Both the position numbers and the translations under genes were made by a program. From Heteronotia binoei (taxonomy: Eukaryota), in NCBI RefSeq assembly GCF_032191835.1, contig NW_026800309.1, positions 62,001 to 126,000 of the forward strand: a stretch of DNA of 64,000 nt, in the 5' to 3' direction. This document shows positions 46,691-59,746 of this stretch, piece after piece (position 1 is the stretch's first letter; every line of letters starts with the position of its first letter). The notes under the pieces are model-generated. The model was not told where the DNA came from and did no database searches. It saw only the letters and a program-made list of their open reading frames with translations.

Positions 46691-47961
46691 AAAGTACCCA
46701 GGGTTCCATCTCATTTGTCTGTTAGCCTGCTAAAAGTCAAGGCATGCCCTTTCTGATGCCAGAACACCAGGCACTTCTTGCAAAAGACGTACCGAGAGCC
46801 TGTCATTATTGGGACGTGCAGAACCCAATAATGGGCTGGTTTGTTTTTTCTTCCCCTGGTGTTTTTGGAGCATCTCCTGCCCCTATAAGGCAAACACAGC
46901 AGCGTTTCCATTGAAACTCAGATGCAATCAAAAGCACAAGCAGAATCTCCATTGCCTTTGCTCAGGCAGTCGCCCTCTGCAGCCGGGGAAATCAAGTCAG
47001 CTATATGGTCAAGCGTGCTGCAAAGTCAGGAAAGACTGAGAAGCTGTTTGAGGTATCAAGGAGACGTATATTTTTGGCTTCTGGACTGACTTTGGGACCA
47101 AGCAAAACCCTGAAAAAGGCAGGACTCTTTATCAGCCAGAGTGCAATAAAGACAAAGTGTTGGTCATTTCGGTGTGAGGGATCTGCCACCCCCCATCTCC
47201 TACAGTGCCATTTCAGGGATTTTTCATGTTACATTCCCTTCCTGAATCGGCATTCCCTGTAAAAGCAGACCTCTTTTGCAACATGGCTGCCCTCTTCCAT
47301 ACTTTAGGTTCTAGTGGGCAACCAAAGGAAACAGGGTGGTACATTAGAGATACCCTTGGTGCAATCCAGCCGGGCTCTTCTTATCTCCTCAAGATATGCC
47401 GGCATCACTGTGTGTTCCCTCTAAGCTGAGTTAGTGTGAGCTAGCTCACAGATGTTTAGCTTCCAGTTCACACATTTTGTCTTAGCTCAGGAAAAACGGC
47501 CCCGGAGCAAACTAACGTATGCAGGAGCTCACAGCTTTAATGCCAGGAGCTCACAAAGCGAATTTTTTGCTCACAGCACTCCACAGCTTAAAGGGAGCAT
47601 TGGCCAGCATCACCAGAAGAATGTTTAAGGTGTATAAATTTGTGTGTTCCGGGCACAATCCTTCATCAGTCTTTTTCTTCATGCTTAGGGAGTTCTTTAA
47701 AGATTGCAGCTCTGGGTTACAGGAACATCTGTCCATTCATGGATCTGCCTCAGCATCACACGAGAGACTGAATCCTACCCACAACTGATTTATCCGGTTA
47801 GTTAATTATTCTATTTCTAAACTGGCTTTGCATTAAAATGCTTGTAGCCGGTTACAATAATAGCATAAAACAAAAGTCTAAACCTAATTGGAAGAAAATA
47901 ATTCAAAGCAATTTTAAATGAATTTACAGCACAATCCTAAATGGAGTTATACCCTTCTAAA

Positions 47962-48470
47962 TAAGGTTGCCAAGTCAAGTTTAAGAAATATCTGGGGACT
48001 TTGGGTGGAGCCAGGAGACATCGGGGCGGAGCCAAGATCAAGGCTGTGACAAGCATAATTGAACTCCAAGGGAGTTCTGGCCATCACATTTAAAGGGACG
48101 GCACACCTTTTCAATGCCTTCCTTCCATAGGAAATAATGAAGGATAGGGGCACCTTCTTTTGGGGCTCATAGAATTGGACCCCCTGGTCCAATCTTTTTG
48201 AAACTTGGGGGGGGGGTATTTTGGGGAGAGGCACTAGATGCTATACTGAAAATTTGGTGCCTCTACCTTAAGAAACAGTCCCCCTCAGAGCCCCAGATAA
48301 CCGCGGATCAATTCTGCATTTTTTTTAATGGGAATAAATCTCCATGGGGAATAACAGAGTTCCCAGCAGACATTTCCCTCCGCTCCCCCTGTTTTCTGAC
48401 GACCCTGAAGCGGGGGGAGGGCCTCCAAACCGGGGGATCCCCTGCCCCCACCTGGGGATTGGCAACCCTA
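47962..48470. mobile_element. Complete hAT MITE with 8-bp TSD
   Basis: CTTCTAAA duplicated at 47954-47961 and 48471-48478. Confidence 0.92.
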
Positions 48471-48554
48471 CTTCTAAATCCATTGAAATCAATGGGTTTA
48501 ACAGAGTATAACTTGGCTGCGGATCACACTGTTAAAGATTAAGTGTGTGGGGGG

Positions 48555-49073
48555 TAGGGTTGCCAAGTCCAATTCAAGAAATATCTGGGGACTTTGGGGG
48601 TGGAGCCAGGAGACTTTGGGGGTGGAGCCAGGAGACTTTGGGGCGGAGCCATGAGCAAGGGTGTGATAAGCAGAATTGAACTCCAAGGGAGTTCTGGCCA
48701 TCACATTTAAAGGGACAGCACACCTTTTAAAATGCCTTCCTTCCATAGAAAATAATGAAAGATAGGGGCACCTTCTTTTGGGGCTCGTAGAATTGGACCC
48801 CCTGATCCAATCCTTTTGAAACTTGGGGGGTATTTTGGGGAGAGGCATTAGATGCTATTCTGAAAATTTGGCGCCTCTACCTCAAAAAAACACCCCCTCC
48901 AGAGCCCCTGATACCCGCAGATCAATTCCCCATCATTCCCTATGGGAATTGTTCATTGAGGTGCATAATGGCTGTGGGGGAGGGGCTTCCCCCGCCGGCC
49001 AGCTGGCTGGGGGAGGGGGGAAGCCTGTAAAACCAGGGGATCCCCTGCTGGGACCTGGGGATTGGGAAGCCTA
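48555..49073. mobile_element. Complete hAT MITE, second adjacent copy
   Basis: TAGGGTTGCCAAG...GGGAAGCCTA; flanks GTGGGGGG/GTGGTGGG. Confidence 0.88.
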
Positions 49074-49958
49074 GTGGTGGGGGGAGTCTCCGTAAGGATA
49101 TTCTGGAAGAAGGAAACTGTTGGGGAAAACATGAAGGGGCTGGGAAGCCTGGAGTCCAAAGTCTTCTTTCACAATTGGGGCGGGGGGGTGGGGAGAGAAA
49201 GACCAAAGCTTCATTCTAAATTCAGTTTGTTATGTTCCATGTAGGAACCAAGTGGAATATAGAAACCCATTGTGTACACCCAGGCAAATAAGGAATATAT
49301 TTTGGCTACAGTATCAAGGCCCATTAGCATTGATAAGCAGTCCCAATCGCTAGTGAACCAGAGGTATAGATCTTTCTTGGACCTCTAGCTGCTGACATAC
49401 CTACCTACCTACCTCAGCAGGGTAGGCTCGATGTACTGACTCAAATCCTTCCCCTTCTTTCTATCTCTGGGGGGAGGAAACTCTCAGAAAGTCAAGGAAG
49501 GCCAGTTCTGCTACCCTCACTGTTTAAACGTTGAAAATGGCACCATTAAGAATTTCAGGGACTCAGAATTCAATGTCTATTCAAGGGACTCTTCTTGATA
49601 GACATGAGTCAAGACAGAGATCCCTGGGTCCTTCTCTCCCACTGCCCCATCATGTCTTCATGGCCTCTCTGGTTCTTCTAGACTTGAATCTAGTTTTCTA
49701 CTGAAGACCAACATGGCTGCCCTCTGAAGCCATCTTAATTGAAGGCGCCAAATTGTGTGACATTCATGCAAGAAGGTGCTAGGAGACTAGCAAAACTTGA
49801 CTATAATTCAAAGATGGTGAATGTGATGTCAGAAGGGAAGCGGCCTACAGACTGAATTGTAGAGAAGGGGGCTTAAGAACTGCTGAAACTTTTCCTGTGT
49901 GGCATTTTATGTTTGTTAAGATGGCCGTCGCTGTTTTCTAGAGGATCACTGCAGAAGG

Positions 49959-50900
49959 ATGATGTCAACCTTCAGCTTCAATGACAGCGCCGTGAATCAC
50001 CAAACCTTCATCCTCGTTGGCCTTCCTGGGATGCAGGAGCTCAACTCTTGGATGGCCTTCCCTCTCTGCCTGCTCTACCTCCTGACTCTCTTTGGGAACC
50101 TTGTGATCCTCTTTGTCATCAAGACAGAGGAAAGCCTCCACGAGCCCATGTACCTCTTCCTCTCCATCCTCGCCTGCTCAGACCTGGGCCTCTCGCTGTC
50201 CACGATGCCAACGATGCTGGGCGTTTACTGGTTCGATGCCAGGGAAATTTCTTTCACTGCCTGCCTCGCTCAGATGTTCTTCATCCATCTGTTTCAGTGG
50301 TTAGAGTCTGGCGTCCCTGTGGCCATGGCTTTTGACCGCTTCATTGCCATACATGACCCCCTGAGATACACCTCACTTCTCCCAAATACGGTAATTGCCA
50401 AAATAGGAATAGCTATCTTATCCAGAGCTTGCTGCCTCCTCCTCCCGATTCCTTTTCTCATTAAACGACTGCCTTTTTGCAGGTTTAATGTCCTCTCTCA
50501 CTCCTATTGCCTCCACCCGGATGTCATGCATTTGGCCTGTGCAGACATAACAGTCAACGTCCTGTATGGTCTGATTATAGTCATTAGCACACTGGGGCTG
50601 GATGTCGTGCTCATTCTCGTCTCGTATGTCCTGATTCTGCAGACGGTCCTGAGCATTGCGTCCCACGCAGAGCGCTTGAAGGCCCTGAACACCTGTGTCT
50701 CCCACGTGTGTGCCATCCTGATTTTCTAGATTCCAATGATAGGCATCACAGCAGTTCATCACTTTGGAAGACACCTCTCTCCCCTTGTCCACATGCTCAT
50801 GGCCAACATCTACATTGCGGTCCCGCCAGTTCTTAACCCCGTTGTGTACAGCGTGAAAACCAAGCAGATCCGGCAACGCATTTGCAAAATGTTCCAGTGA
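49959..50900 (+). pseudogene. Class I OR (family 51-like) with one in-frame TAG in TM6
   Basis: All OR motifs present; TAG at 50727-50729 where Tyr is expected (ILIF*IP); frame continues PPVLNPVVYSVKTKQIR to TGA at 50900. Confidence 0.93.
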
Positions 50901-50924
50901 GAGAAAAGGACATTTATTCTCCAT

Positions 50925-52238
50925 GAAGAAGAAGATGATATTGGATCTGAATCCTGCCCTATACTCTGAATCTTAGAGTCTCAGAGTTGTTACAATCTCC
51001 TTTACCTTCCCCCACCCCTGTCATGCACACAACAGACACCCTCTGAGGTAGGTGGGGCTGAGAGAGCTCTCCCAGAAGCTGCTCTTTCAAGGACAACCTC
51101 TGCAAGATCTATGGCTGACCCAAGGCCATTCCAGCAGCTGCAAGTGCAGGAGTGGGGAATCCAACTCGGTTCTCCCAGATAAGAGAGCTCTGGCTGACCC
51201 AAGGCCATTCCAGCAGGTGCAAGTGGAGGAGTGGGGAATCAAACCCAGTTCTCCCAGATAAGAGAGCTCTGGCTGACCCAGGGCCATTCCAGCAGGTGCA
51301 AGTGGAGGAGTGGGGGATCAAACCTGGTTCTCCCAGATAAGAGAGCTCTGGCTGATTCAATGCCATTCCAGCAGCTGCAAGTGGAGGAGTGGGGAATCAA
51401 ACCCGGTTCTCCCAGATAAGAGAGCTCTGGCTGACCCAAGGCTAGTCCAGCAGCTGCAAGTGGAGGAGTGGGGAATCAAACCCAGTTCTCCCAGATAAGA
51501 GAGCTCTGGCTGACCCAAGGCCATTCCAGCAGCTGCAAGTGGAGGAGTGGGGAATCAAACCCTGTTCGCCCAGATAAGAGAGCTCTGGCTGATTCAAGGC
51601 CATTCCGGCAGCTGCAAGTGGAGGAGTGGGGAATCAAACCCGGTTCGCCCAGATAAGAGAGCTCTGACTGACCCAAGGCCATTCCAGCAGCTGCAAGTGG
51701 AGGAGTGGGGAATCAAACCCGGTTCTCCCAGATAAGAGAACTTTGGCTGACCCAAGGTCATTCCAGCAGCTGCGAGTGGAGGAGTGGGGAATCAAAACTG
51801 GGTACTCCCAGATAAGAGAGCTATAGCTGACCCAAGGCCATTCCAGCAGCTGCAAGTGGAGGAGGGGGGAATCAAACCCAGTTTGCCCAGATAAGAGAGC
51901 TATGGCTGACCCAAGGCAATTCCAGCAGCTGCAAGTGGAGGAGTGGGGAATCAAACCCGGTTCTCCCAGATAAGAGAGCTCTGACTGACCCAAGGCCATT
52001 CCAGCAGGTGCAAGTGGAGGAGTGGGGAATCAAACCCGGTTCTACCAGATAAGAGAGCTCTGGCTGACCCATGGCCATTCCAGCAGCTGCAAGTGGAGGA
52101 GTGGGGAATCAGACCTGGTTCTCCCAGATAAGAGAGCTCTGGCTGACCCAAGGCCATTCCAGCAGGTGCAAGTGGAGGAGTGGGGAATGAAACCAGGTTC
52201 TCCCAGATAAGAGAGCTCTGGCTGACCCAAGGCCATTG
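50925..52238 (-). repeat. Squam3-like SINE with a 79-bp internal segment tandemly amplified (~14 units)
   Basis: Unit GAGAGCTCTGGCTGACCCAAGGCC...GGGGAATCAAACCCGGTTCTCCCAGATAA. Confidence 0.93.
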
Positions 52239-53249
52239 TTTCAAAACGATTGGACCATGGGGTCCAATTCTATGAGCCCCAAAAGAAGGTGCCCCTATCC
52301 TTCATTATTTCCTATGGAAGGAAGACATTTTAAAAGGTGTGCTGTCCCTTTAAATGTGATGGCCAGAACTCCCTTGGAGTTCAATTATGCTTGTCACACC
52401 CTTGTTCCTGGCTCCACCCCAATGTCTCCTTGCTCCACCCCCAAAGTCCTCAGATATTTCTTGAATTGGACTTGGCAAACTTAGCTGGACTGGAGGCTTG
52501 ACGCAACATGGCTTCTCTTATGTTCCATTAGTGGCGATTAGCCAGAACGTCTAGATGGAACATTCTGTCTGGGGCAGTGATGCTCTGTCTTCTTAGTGCT
52601 TGGGAGGGGCAACAGTGGGAGGGCTTCTAGTGTCCTGGCCCTGCTGGTGGTCCTCCTGATTACCTCCATATTTTTTGTCTACCTCCAGTAAAGCCATTTA
52701 GTCATTGCTTTCTGGCAAAAGCATCATCTCCACCTGAGGGTACATTTTGCCTTAAAACTAGAGCACTCTGTTGCCCCTGTGTGTGCACCTTGGATCTCTC
52801 CTCACACACACACACACACACACACACACGCCACTTTGTTTGTAGGTTCTCTCTAGCTTCCTGAAATGCTGGCCATTTTGTTGCTTCCATGAATCCCCCC
52901 ACCTCTGATCGGTAATTATCACCCTTCCCTAAAATCGCTTCCCCCTTTCCACCCTGCCTTTCTTAGTTAGCACTTGTATGAGTCTTGTGTGCGTTTATTG
53001 TGTGCATTTTTGCTTTTATTCTTCTTCTTTTAAAGAAAAAAAACCACCTTTCTTGTTGAACATCTGCCTGGTTTGTTTAAGAGTGTTTTGTTTAAGAAGT
53101 TCTCTAAAAAGGGGGAAATCCTGGAATACCTCGAAGGACAATTCCAGTTACCTGCATCTCACCCTGTCCCCTTTAGCTAATTCCCCCAACTGCAGTGGAG
53201 ACTCTGCCACTTTGAGTAACATCTACCACCCCCCAGAGAATATTATACT

Positions 53250-53445
53250 CATCCGAGCCACATCTTCTGGTTGCCCCCTGCCCAAAGGACGTCCGCCGAG
53301 CCTCAACTCGGGCCAGGCCTTTTCCGTATTGGCCCCTAGCTGGTGGAACCCGCTCCCATTGGAGATCCGGGCCCTGCAGAGCTCGCTGCAATTCCACAGG
53401 GCCTGTAAAACGGAGCTGTTCCACCAGGCCTTTAGTTGAGGCTGT
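53250..53445 (+). mobile_element. L2 3' fragment
   Basis: AFSVLAPSWWNPLPLEIR...FHRACKTELFHQAF. Confidence 0.8.
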
Positions 53446-54169
53446 GGACATCACTGACCACCAGTATGGCCTCCCTGCCACACCCAGGCGCATTTGTGAA
53501 CTCTACTTTGAGCAGGATCTGGTCTCGACTGCTGTCATCTGTTCTGTGTCAGTCATGGTTGCCAAGTCCATAGAGTTTTCCCTTCCCAAATAGCTAGAGC
53601 GTCCGGGAAAACCATAGAGTTTTCCCGGAAACACCTAGAGTGACTGCTGCGCGACGTCGCTGGCGTGATGACGTCACTTTGGGGTGATGTCATCGCACCG
53701 ACGACATGGGGGGAGGTTCCCCCCGCTGGCCCAATGTGGCCTGGCGGGTTGGGAACCTCCCGGGTGGGGGAACCCCCATCCAGACTGGGGGCTTGGCAGC
53801 CTTGATGTCAGCCAGGGTTTAAGTTTTGGACTTGGCCGTTATCGGAATTTGTTCAGTTCTAAATTGATTGTTTGGTTGTGTTAGCCGCTGTTTTAGAGGG
53901 GGCTACCAAGCTCCCGCCCGGAGAGCAATATTTCCAGCTGCTTGGCGTTTCCACTCAGGAAGAAGCAGGGTAGAATGATCTGGAAATCAAATGAAACCAG
54001 TGTGTTTCTTTCTGTCATGCCCTGATGTCTCTCTTCCAACGTGCGTGAGCTTGAGAAAGAGCCTCCCTCCTGTTTGCTACCAGAACTGCACCAGCTCTCC
54101 CCAGTGAAAACTTTACCTCCTGTGCCCACCATTCCCTCTTGCCTTGTGCGGTGGGGGGAGTACTGCAGA

Positions 54170-54510
54170 TTTGAGGGCCAGTTTGGCATAGCGGTGAAGT
54201 GCGCGGACTCTTATCTGGGAGAACCGGGTTTGATTCCCCACTCCTCCACTTGCAGCTGCCGGAATGGCCTTGGGTCAGCCTTAGCTCTTGCAGAGTTGTT
54301 CTTGAAAGGGCAGCTGCTGTCAGGGCTCTCTCAGCCCCACCCACCTCACAGGGTGTCCGTTGTGGGGGGAGAAGGTAAAGGAGATTGTGAGCCACTCTGA
54401 GTCTCTGAATCAGAGTATAGGGTGGAGTATAAATCTGCAGTCTTCTTCTTCCACTCTGAGATTCGGAGTAGAGGGCGGGATATAAATCCGATATCTTCTT
54501 CTTTTTGAAG
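54170..54510 (+). mobile_element. Squam3-like SINE with duplicated tail
   Basis: GGGCCAGTTTGGCATAGCGG head; ...ATATCTTCTTC tail. Confidence 0.8.
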
Positions 54511-54629
54511 CACGGGGCCACTGAGCATGTGGAGTTCATTCACCTCCCATCAGACACATCCATCTGAGCACAGGATCTGGGAGTGGGAAGTCCTCAAGTC
54601 AGCCTTGAGACCTCACACCGCCCTTGGCA

Positions 54630-55011
54630 TACAAATTAATCTCTGGTTACAAAAAGACAGTCGGCACTTGCTCAGATGAGGCTCCCTTGGGAGAGTCTGG
54701 TAGCTCACATGGTGAATCAGGAGTTGTTCTCACCCTTGTGGGTTTTCTGCCTCCCCAGCTGGCTGAGCCTCCTTCCACTGCAGCATCTGTCCAGGGTCCC
54801 CCCAATCTATAAATCCTCCCAGACAGCTCCGTCAGCCGAGCCAGCTCTCCGCTCCTTCCTCCGGAGCCTGCATGCATCTTCAAGGGTCTCAGGTCCACAG
54901 ACCACAGACAACACTGTCTTCTCTGAGCTGCCCAGAAGGCAGGGGGGCAAAGAAGTCTGACCAACAGCAGAGCTCCTTCCCTGAGGCATAAGAATCTCTC
55001 CACAGTTCCAG
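54630..55011 (+). promoter_or_regulatory. Putative OR promoter / non-coding first exon (for the 57264 OR)
   Basis: AAATTAAT ~54633, TCCCTTGGGA 54683, TATAAA 54808, donor CAG|GTAAG after 55011; acceptor before 57230. Confidence 0.55.
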
Positions 55012-56737
55012 GTAAGACAGCAGCCCTTCTGAATCAGACACAGGACCCCTTCAGCATCCTGCCTCCAGAAGGGCCCAGGAAAGATCCCTGAGCTTTTCCC
55101 TCCTCTTGAGGAAGCCGCCTTGGTTCCCCCAGTCTAGCCTTGTGTCTTGAAGGATGACACCATGAAATAGTTCCTAGTCCACAAGAGTGGGCAGATCAAA
55201 AGAAAGAAAGTGTAATTCCTTCGTTTTTAGAAGAAGTAGAAGACAATTGGCTTGGTTCTCCCAGCAGCCAACATCTGAGACCAGGACAGCCAAGAGCGAT
55301 TTGGATGTCTTCCAAGCAAATCAGCAGCTGCCCTCCGCTGCTCCGTGGCATTGGGGGGGGGGTCTTTCCTTCTTTCAGCTCTCCGATGGAGGCTTGGCCC
55401 TCTGGAAACAGCTTCAGGGTTGTGGGACTTGACAAGGAGAGGAGGCTCCTTCTGAAACAGAGGTATTTGGGAATAAAGAGGAGGAGGAGGAGCTGGATTT
55501 TATACCCAGCTTTTCTCTACCTTAAGGAGTCTTGGAGCAGCTTAAACCCTCCTTTCCCTTCCTCTTCCCCAACAGACACCCAGTGAGGCAGGTGGGGGGG
55601 GGGCTGAGTCATAGAATCCTAGAGTTGGAAGGGACTTCTGGGGTCATCTAGTCCAACCCCTGCAAAATGCAGGAAACTCACAAACACCTCCCCACCCCTA
55701 AATTCACAGGATCTCCGTCGCTGTCAGATGACCATCTAACCTCTGTTTAAAAACCTCCAAGGAAAGAGAGCCCACCACCTCCCAAGGAGGAAGCCTGTTC
55801 CACTGAGGAATCGCTCTAACGGTCAGGAAGTTCTTCCTCATGCGCAGCCGGAAACTCTTTTGATTTAATTTCAACCCACTGGTTCTGGTCCTACCTTCCG
55901 GGACCACAGAAAACAATTCCACCCCATCCTCTGTATGACAGCCCTTCAAGTCCTTGAAGATGGTGTAAGAGTATTGCTGAGAGAGTACTGGCAGGACTGG
56001 GGCTGGCCTGAGCTGACTGCATGTGGCGGAGGAGGAGTGGGGAATCAAACCCAGTTCTCCAGTTTAGAGTCCACCTCTCTGAGCCGCAGTGGCTCTCAGG
56101 CCTTTTGCTCCAGGTCAGCTGGCCAGTGGACCTTTCAGATACCTCAGTGGGTTTTCCAGAAGGCAGGCTTAGTTCCTTGGAGAGAGGACAAAACTGAATG
56201 CTACTTAAAGGTGATTTCCATCCGCAAAAAGAAACCCCCAGTGGCTGCGGTTGCCTGGGCCCTCGCTGCCTTTGAGTCACAATGCTTCAGATAGCCAAGA
56301 TGGGAGCCTGTTCTTGGGGGCTTTTTCAAGGTCTGTGAGGATTCTCTGCCCATCAGTGACCAGCCTCTCCTGAGGTCAGTCCTGCCACCTGAGCAGCACT
56401 TTTAGAGAACACTCAGGCAGGAGTTTGAAAATCTGGTTTGGGTTGCCTTGCTGGAGCCTGTTTTGCTGACAAAGAATGTATTAACTACGGCGTTCCAGCA
56501 ATTATGCGCGAAAATTAAGAGAAAGCTAGGAATTCTGGATTGACATGGATGATGACTATATAATTGACACTACTGGAAAACCGCACATAATATACAAGAT
56601 TGGTTCCCAGAAGAAGGACTAGAGATCCAAAACGGCTTGTTAAGCAGACAGTTTCTCCGTTGGACCTTTCTCAAATATAGCACTGGAATATAATGTAGTG
56701 GCTTTGTGCCATATAAAGACAGAAGTAGCATTGTAGA

Positions 56738-57035
56738 AAGAGCCCCGTGGCGCAGAGTGTTAAAGCTGCAGTACTGCAGTCCTAAGCTCTGCTCACGACC
56801 TGAGTTTGATCCCAGCAGAAGCTGGTTCAGGTAGGTGGCTGGAGGTTGACTCAGGCTTCCATCCTTCCGAGGTCGGTCAAAGGAGTCCCCAGCTTGAGTG
56901 GGGGAAGTGTAGACGACCGGGGAAGGCAATGGCAAACCACCCCGTGAAAAGTCTGCCGTGAAAACGTTGTGAAAGCAGCGTCACCCCAGAGTCGGAAACG
57001 ACTGGTGCTTGCGCAGGGAACTACCTACTACCTAG
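56738..57035 (+). mobile_element. Sauria-type SINE
   Basis: GAGCCCCGTGGCGCAGAGTGTTAAAGCTGCAGTACTGCAG...GGCAATGGCAAACCACCCCG. Confidence 0.85.
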
Positions 57036-57263
57036 CACTGTAGAACTAAGGAGGTTTTAACTTTCTGCATGACTGATATGTTTTGTATTGATGATACTCT
57101 TGTTGTATTTTGATACTATATATTCATTGCATAGTCAGAATTGTGTTTAAACAGAGTTTTATCTTTGCTGGAGCCTAAAGCAGTTGCTGAAGGTGGCGTT
57201 TCCCTGCATCCTTTTCTGGCTTTCCACAGAGGAATTTTTTTTTTGGGGGGGAAGTGAGCCGTC

Positions 57264-58229
57264 ATGGCCCCCTCCACCCCTGCCAACATCACCAATCCAG
57301 TGCTTGGCCTGAGCGGCTTCCCAGGGCTGGAGACGGCTCACCACTGGATCGGCATCCCCATCTTCTCCGCCTACCTGGTCGCCGTGCTGGGCAACTGCAC
57401 CATCCTGTACGTCATCTGGGCAGAGCCCAGCCTGCACCAGCCCATGTACTATTTCCTGGCCATGCTGGCCACCACCGACCTGGGGCTCTGCCTCACCACC
57501 GTGCCCACCGTCCTGGGAGTCCTCTGGTTCCAGCTGAGGAAGGTCAGCAAGAAGGCTTGCGTTGCTCAACTCTTTATCGTCCATTCCTTCTCCTTCATGG
57601 AGTCAGCCGTGCTCTTTGCCATGGCCGTAGATCGTTTCCTGGCCGTCTGCTTCCCTCTGAGGTACACGGCTCTTGTGACTCCTAGCAGGGTGGTTAGAAT
57701 GGGCTTCGGTCTCCTCCTGAGAAGCACCCTGTTCTTGCTACCCCCAGTGCCTTTTCTGCTGCAATTCCCCTATTGCCCAGGGGCTGCCCTTTCTCACTCC
57801 TACTGCCTGCATCAGGACCTGATCCACTTGGCATGTGCCAACACCGCCTTCAACAGCCTTTATGCTCTCACCCTCATCCTGCTCACCATGGGCTGTGACC
57901 TCCTCTTCATCCTCATCTCCTACAGCCTGATCCTGAAGACAGTCTTGGGCAGGACCTCGGGGGGTGAAGGCCACCACAAGGCCCTGGGCACCTGCGTCTC
58001 CCACCTCTGCGCCGTCCTGGTCGTCTACGTGCCAGTCCTGGGGCTCTCCGTGGTGCACCGCTTTGGCCAGCACGCCTCCCCCCTTCTCCACGTCGTCATG
58101 GGCAACATCTACATCCTCCTCCCGCCCCTGATGAACCCCATCATCTACAGCATCAAGACCAAGCAGATATACAGCAGGATCCTCCAAATAGCCTCCGCCT
58201 TGAATTTTTGGGGGAGAAAAAGGAGCTAA
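57264..58229 (+). CDS. Class I olfactory receptor, family 51-like, intact (321 aa)
   Basis: LHQPMYYFL, MAVDRFLAVCFPLRY, SHSYCLHQDLIHLAC, KALGTC, PPLMNPIIYSIKTKQI. Confidence 0.96.
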   Translation: MAPSTPANITNPVLGLSGFPGLETAHHWIGIPIFSAYLVAVLGNCTILYVIWAEPSLHQPMYYFLAMLATTDLGLCLTTVPTVLGVLWFQLRKVSKKACVAQLFIVHSFSFMESAVLFAMAVDRFLAVCFPLRYTALVTPSRVVRMGFGLLLRSTLFLLPPVPFLLQFPYCPGAALSHSYCLHQDLIHLACANTAFNSLYALTLILLTMGCDLLFILISYSLILKTVLGRTSGGEGHHKALGTCVSHLCAVLVVYVPVLGLSVVHRFGQHASPLLHVVMGNIYILLPPLMNPIIYSIKTKQIYSRILQIASALNFWGRKRS

Positions 58230-58990
58230 AATGGTCGTAAATAAAATTAATAAAATGAATTTTACTCAAGAGATCACAAAGAACCAACCAAAAGGGCAGG
58301 CTTCCGGAGAAACATCTCAGCCATTTTGCTGGCTTTTGTTTCAGAGTCATTTAGCATTGATTCTGTGCCATGAAGCTGGCATTGTCTACCTCCAGATCTA
58401 CCAGAATTGAATCTAATTTTGCATGGGACTTCTGTATTTGTTTGTTGTGCCTCTGATGTCATTGTTTTTCTTCTGCTTTCTCTGAAGAAACCTTCTTGTG
58501 GCACAGATATGGCCAGAAACGTAGGGGGGCTGCTGTTAGACTTGACCAGAAAGATCACGGAGGGTGTTTTCAGCTTGCAAGCATTCCTGCCCCGAAGGCT
58601 TTGCTTTCCATCATGGCTTAATGTCCAAATGACCAGGACAAAAGGTCTTGCTGAGCTTCGCATGTCTTTATTGGGAGACCCTCAAAACTGGAAAGAAATT
58701 CCGAACTGCCTGTACGGCACATTTGGCCATGATGATGTACGCTTATGGCATGAGAGGGAGAACACCCTGAAAAGGGTGTAAAAGTGGTAGCAGAGCTCTA
58801 AAAGGGAGGGCTGAGGCCTGTGACTTCAGTCTCTGAACTTTTCCCGGTTATTTTCTGCTTCCTCCGAGGGATTCCTGGTGATGTAAAATCTCTCAACCAG
58901 ACTGCTCCAATTAAGACCAACTCATGTCACTGTTGCTCTTGGTAACTGGTGAGATTAATCTGGCATTGTAAAGAATTAGTATTGGCCCAG

Positions 58991-59060
58991 CTCTCAGAAG
59001 CTAAGCAGAGTCGGCCCTGGTTAGTATTTGAATAGGAGACCTCCAAGAAGTCCAGAGTTA
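58991..59060 (+). mobile_element. 5S rRNA-derived SINE fragment
   Basis: CTCAGAAGCTAAGCAGAGTCGGCCCTGGTTAGTATTTGAATAGGAGACC resembles 5S boxes A/IE/C. Confidence 0.75.
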
Positions 59061-59611
59061 GCTGTTGCCGATTTCCCGGGCTGCGTGGCCGTGGTCTTGG
59101 TATTGTGAGACCGGACGTTTTGCCAGCAATTGTGACTGGCATCCCCAGAGGTATAACCCAGAAAACTGGAGTTCTTTCTGGGTCCCCCTTTTCTGTGACT
59201 GAGATGATGTTACTAAAGGAACAGAGGTCAGAAAAAGCAGATCCACAGTGGGTGGGTGGGTGGGTGGGGAGACTCAGACCGGAACACAACATTTCTAAAA
59301 ATTGGCAAGCCAACATAGGCTCATAATTATGAGACATATAACATTCCTTAACACCTTGTAATTCAAAATTAGCCTGGGAACCAACAGGTTAACAGGGAGA
59401 CATCTCCAGGTTAACAGATGGTATAGTTTTTTTTTTTAAATTTAGTTGATGCTAGGATTGCTGGGAAAGACAGAAGGCAAAAGAAGAAGGGGACGGCAAA
59501 AAAAATGTCTCTTTTTATATTATTTTAACTCGGTTGTTTTATGGTTTTAAGCCGCCCCGGGCCCGCTTGTGGGATAGGGCAGGATATAAATCTAAAAAAA
59601 AATTAAATTAA

Positions 59612-59746
59612 ATAACTTAATGATGACTGGACAGTGTTACTGGTGTAACTAACATGAATTTGAGTGGACTTCGGAGGAAGGGCCTGGTGTGACTTTGTCC
59701 ATGGGGTTGCAAAGAGTCAGACTCGAGTGTGCAACTGAACAACAAC
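59612..59746 (+). mobile_element. BovB/RTE 3' end fragment
   Basis: GTCCATGGGGTTGCAAAGAGTCAGAC...ACTGAACAACAAC tail. Confidence 0.75.

Noticed and set aside
46233-46714. ORFs containing runs of X
   Set aside because: They span the assembly gap
51051-52244. Many near-identical 60-120 aa ORFs (also 61478-62262)
   Set aside because: Translation products of the 79-bp SINE-derived array
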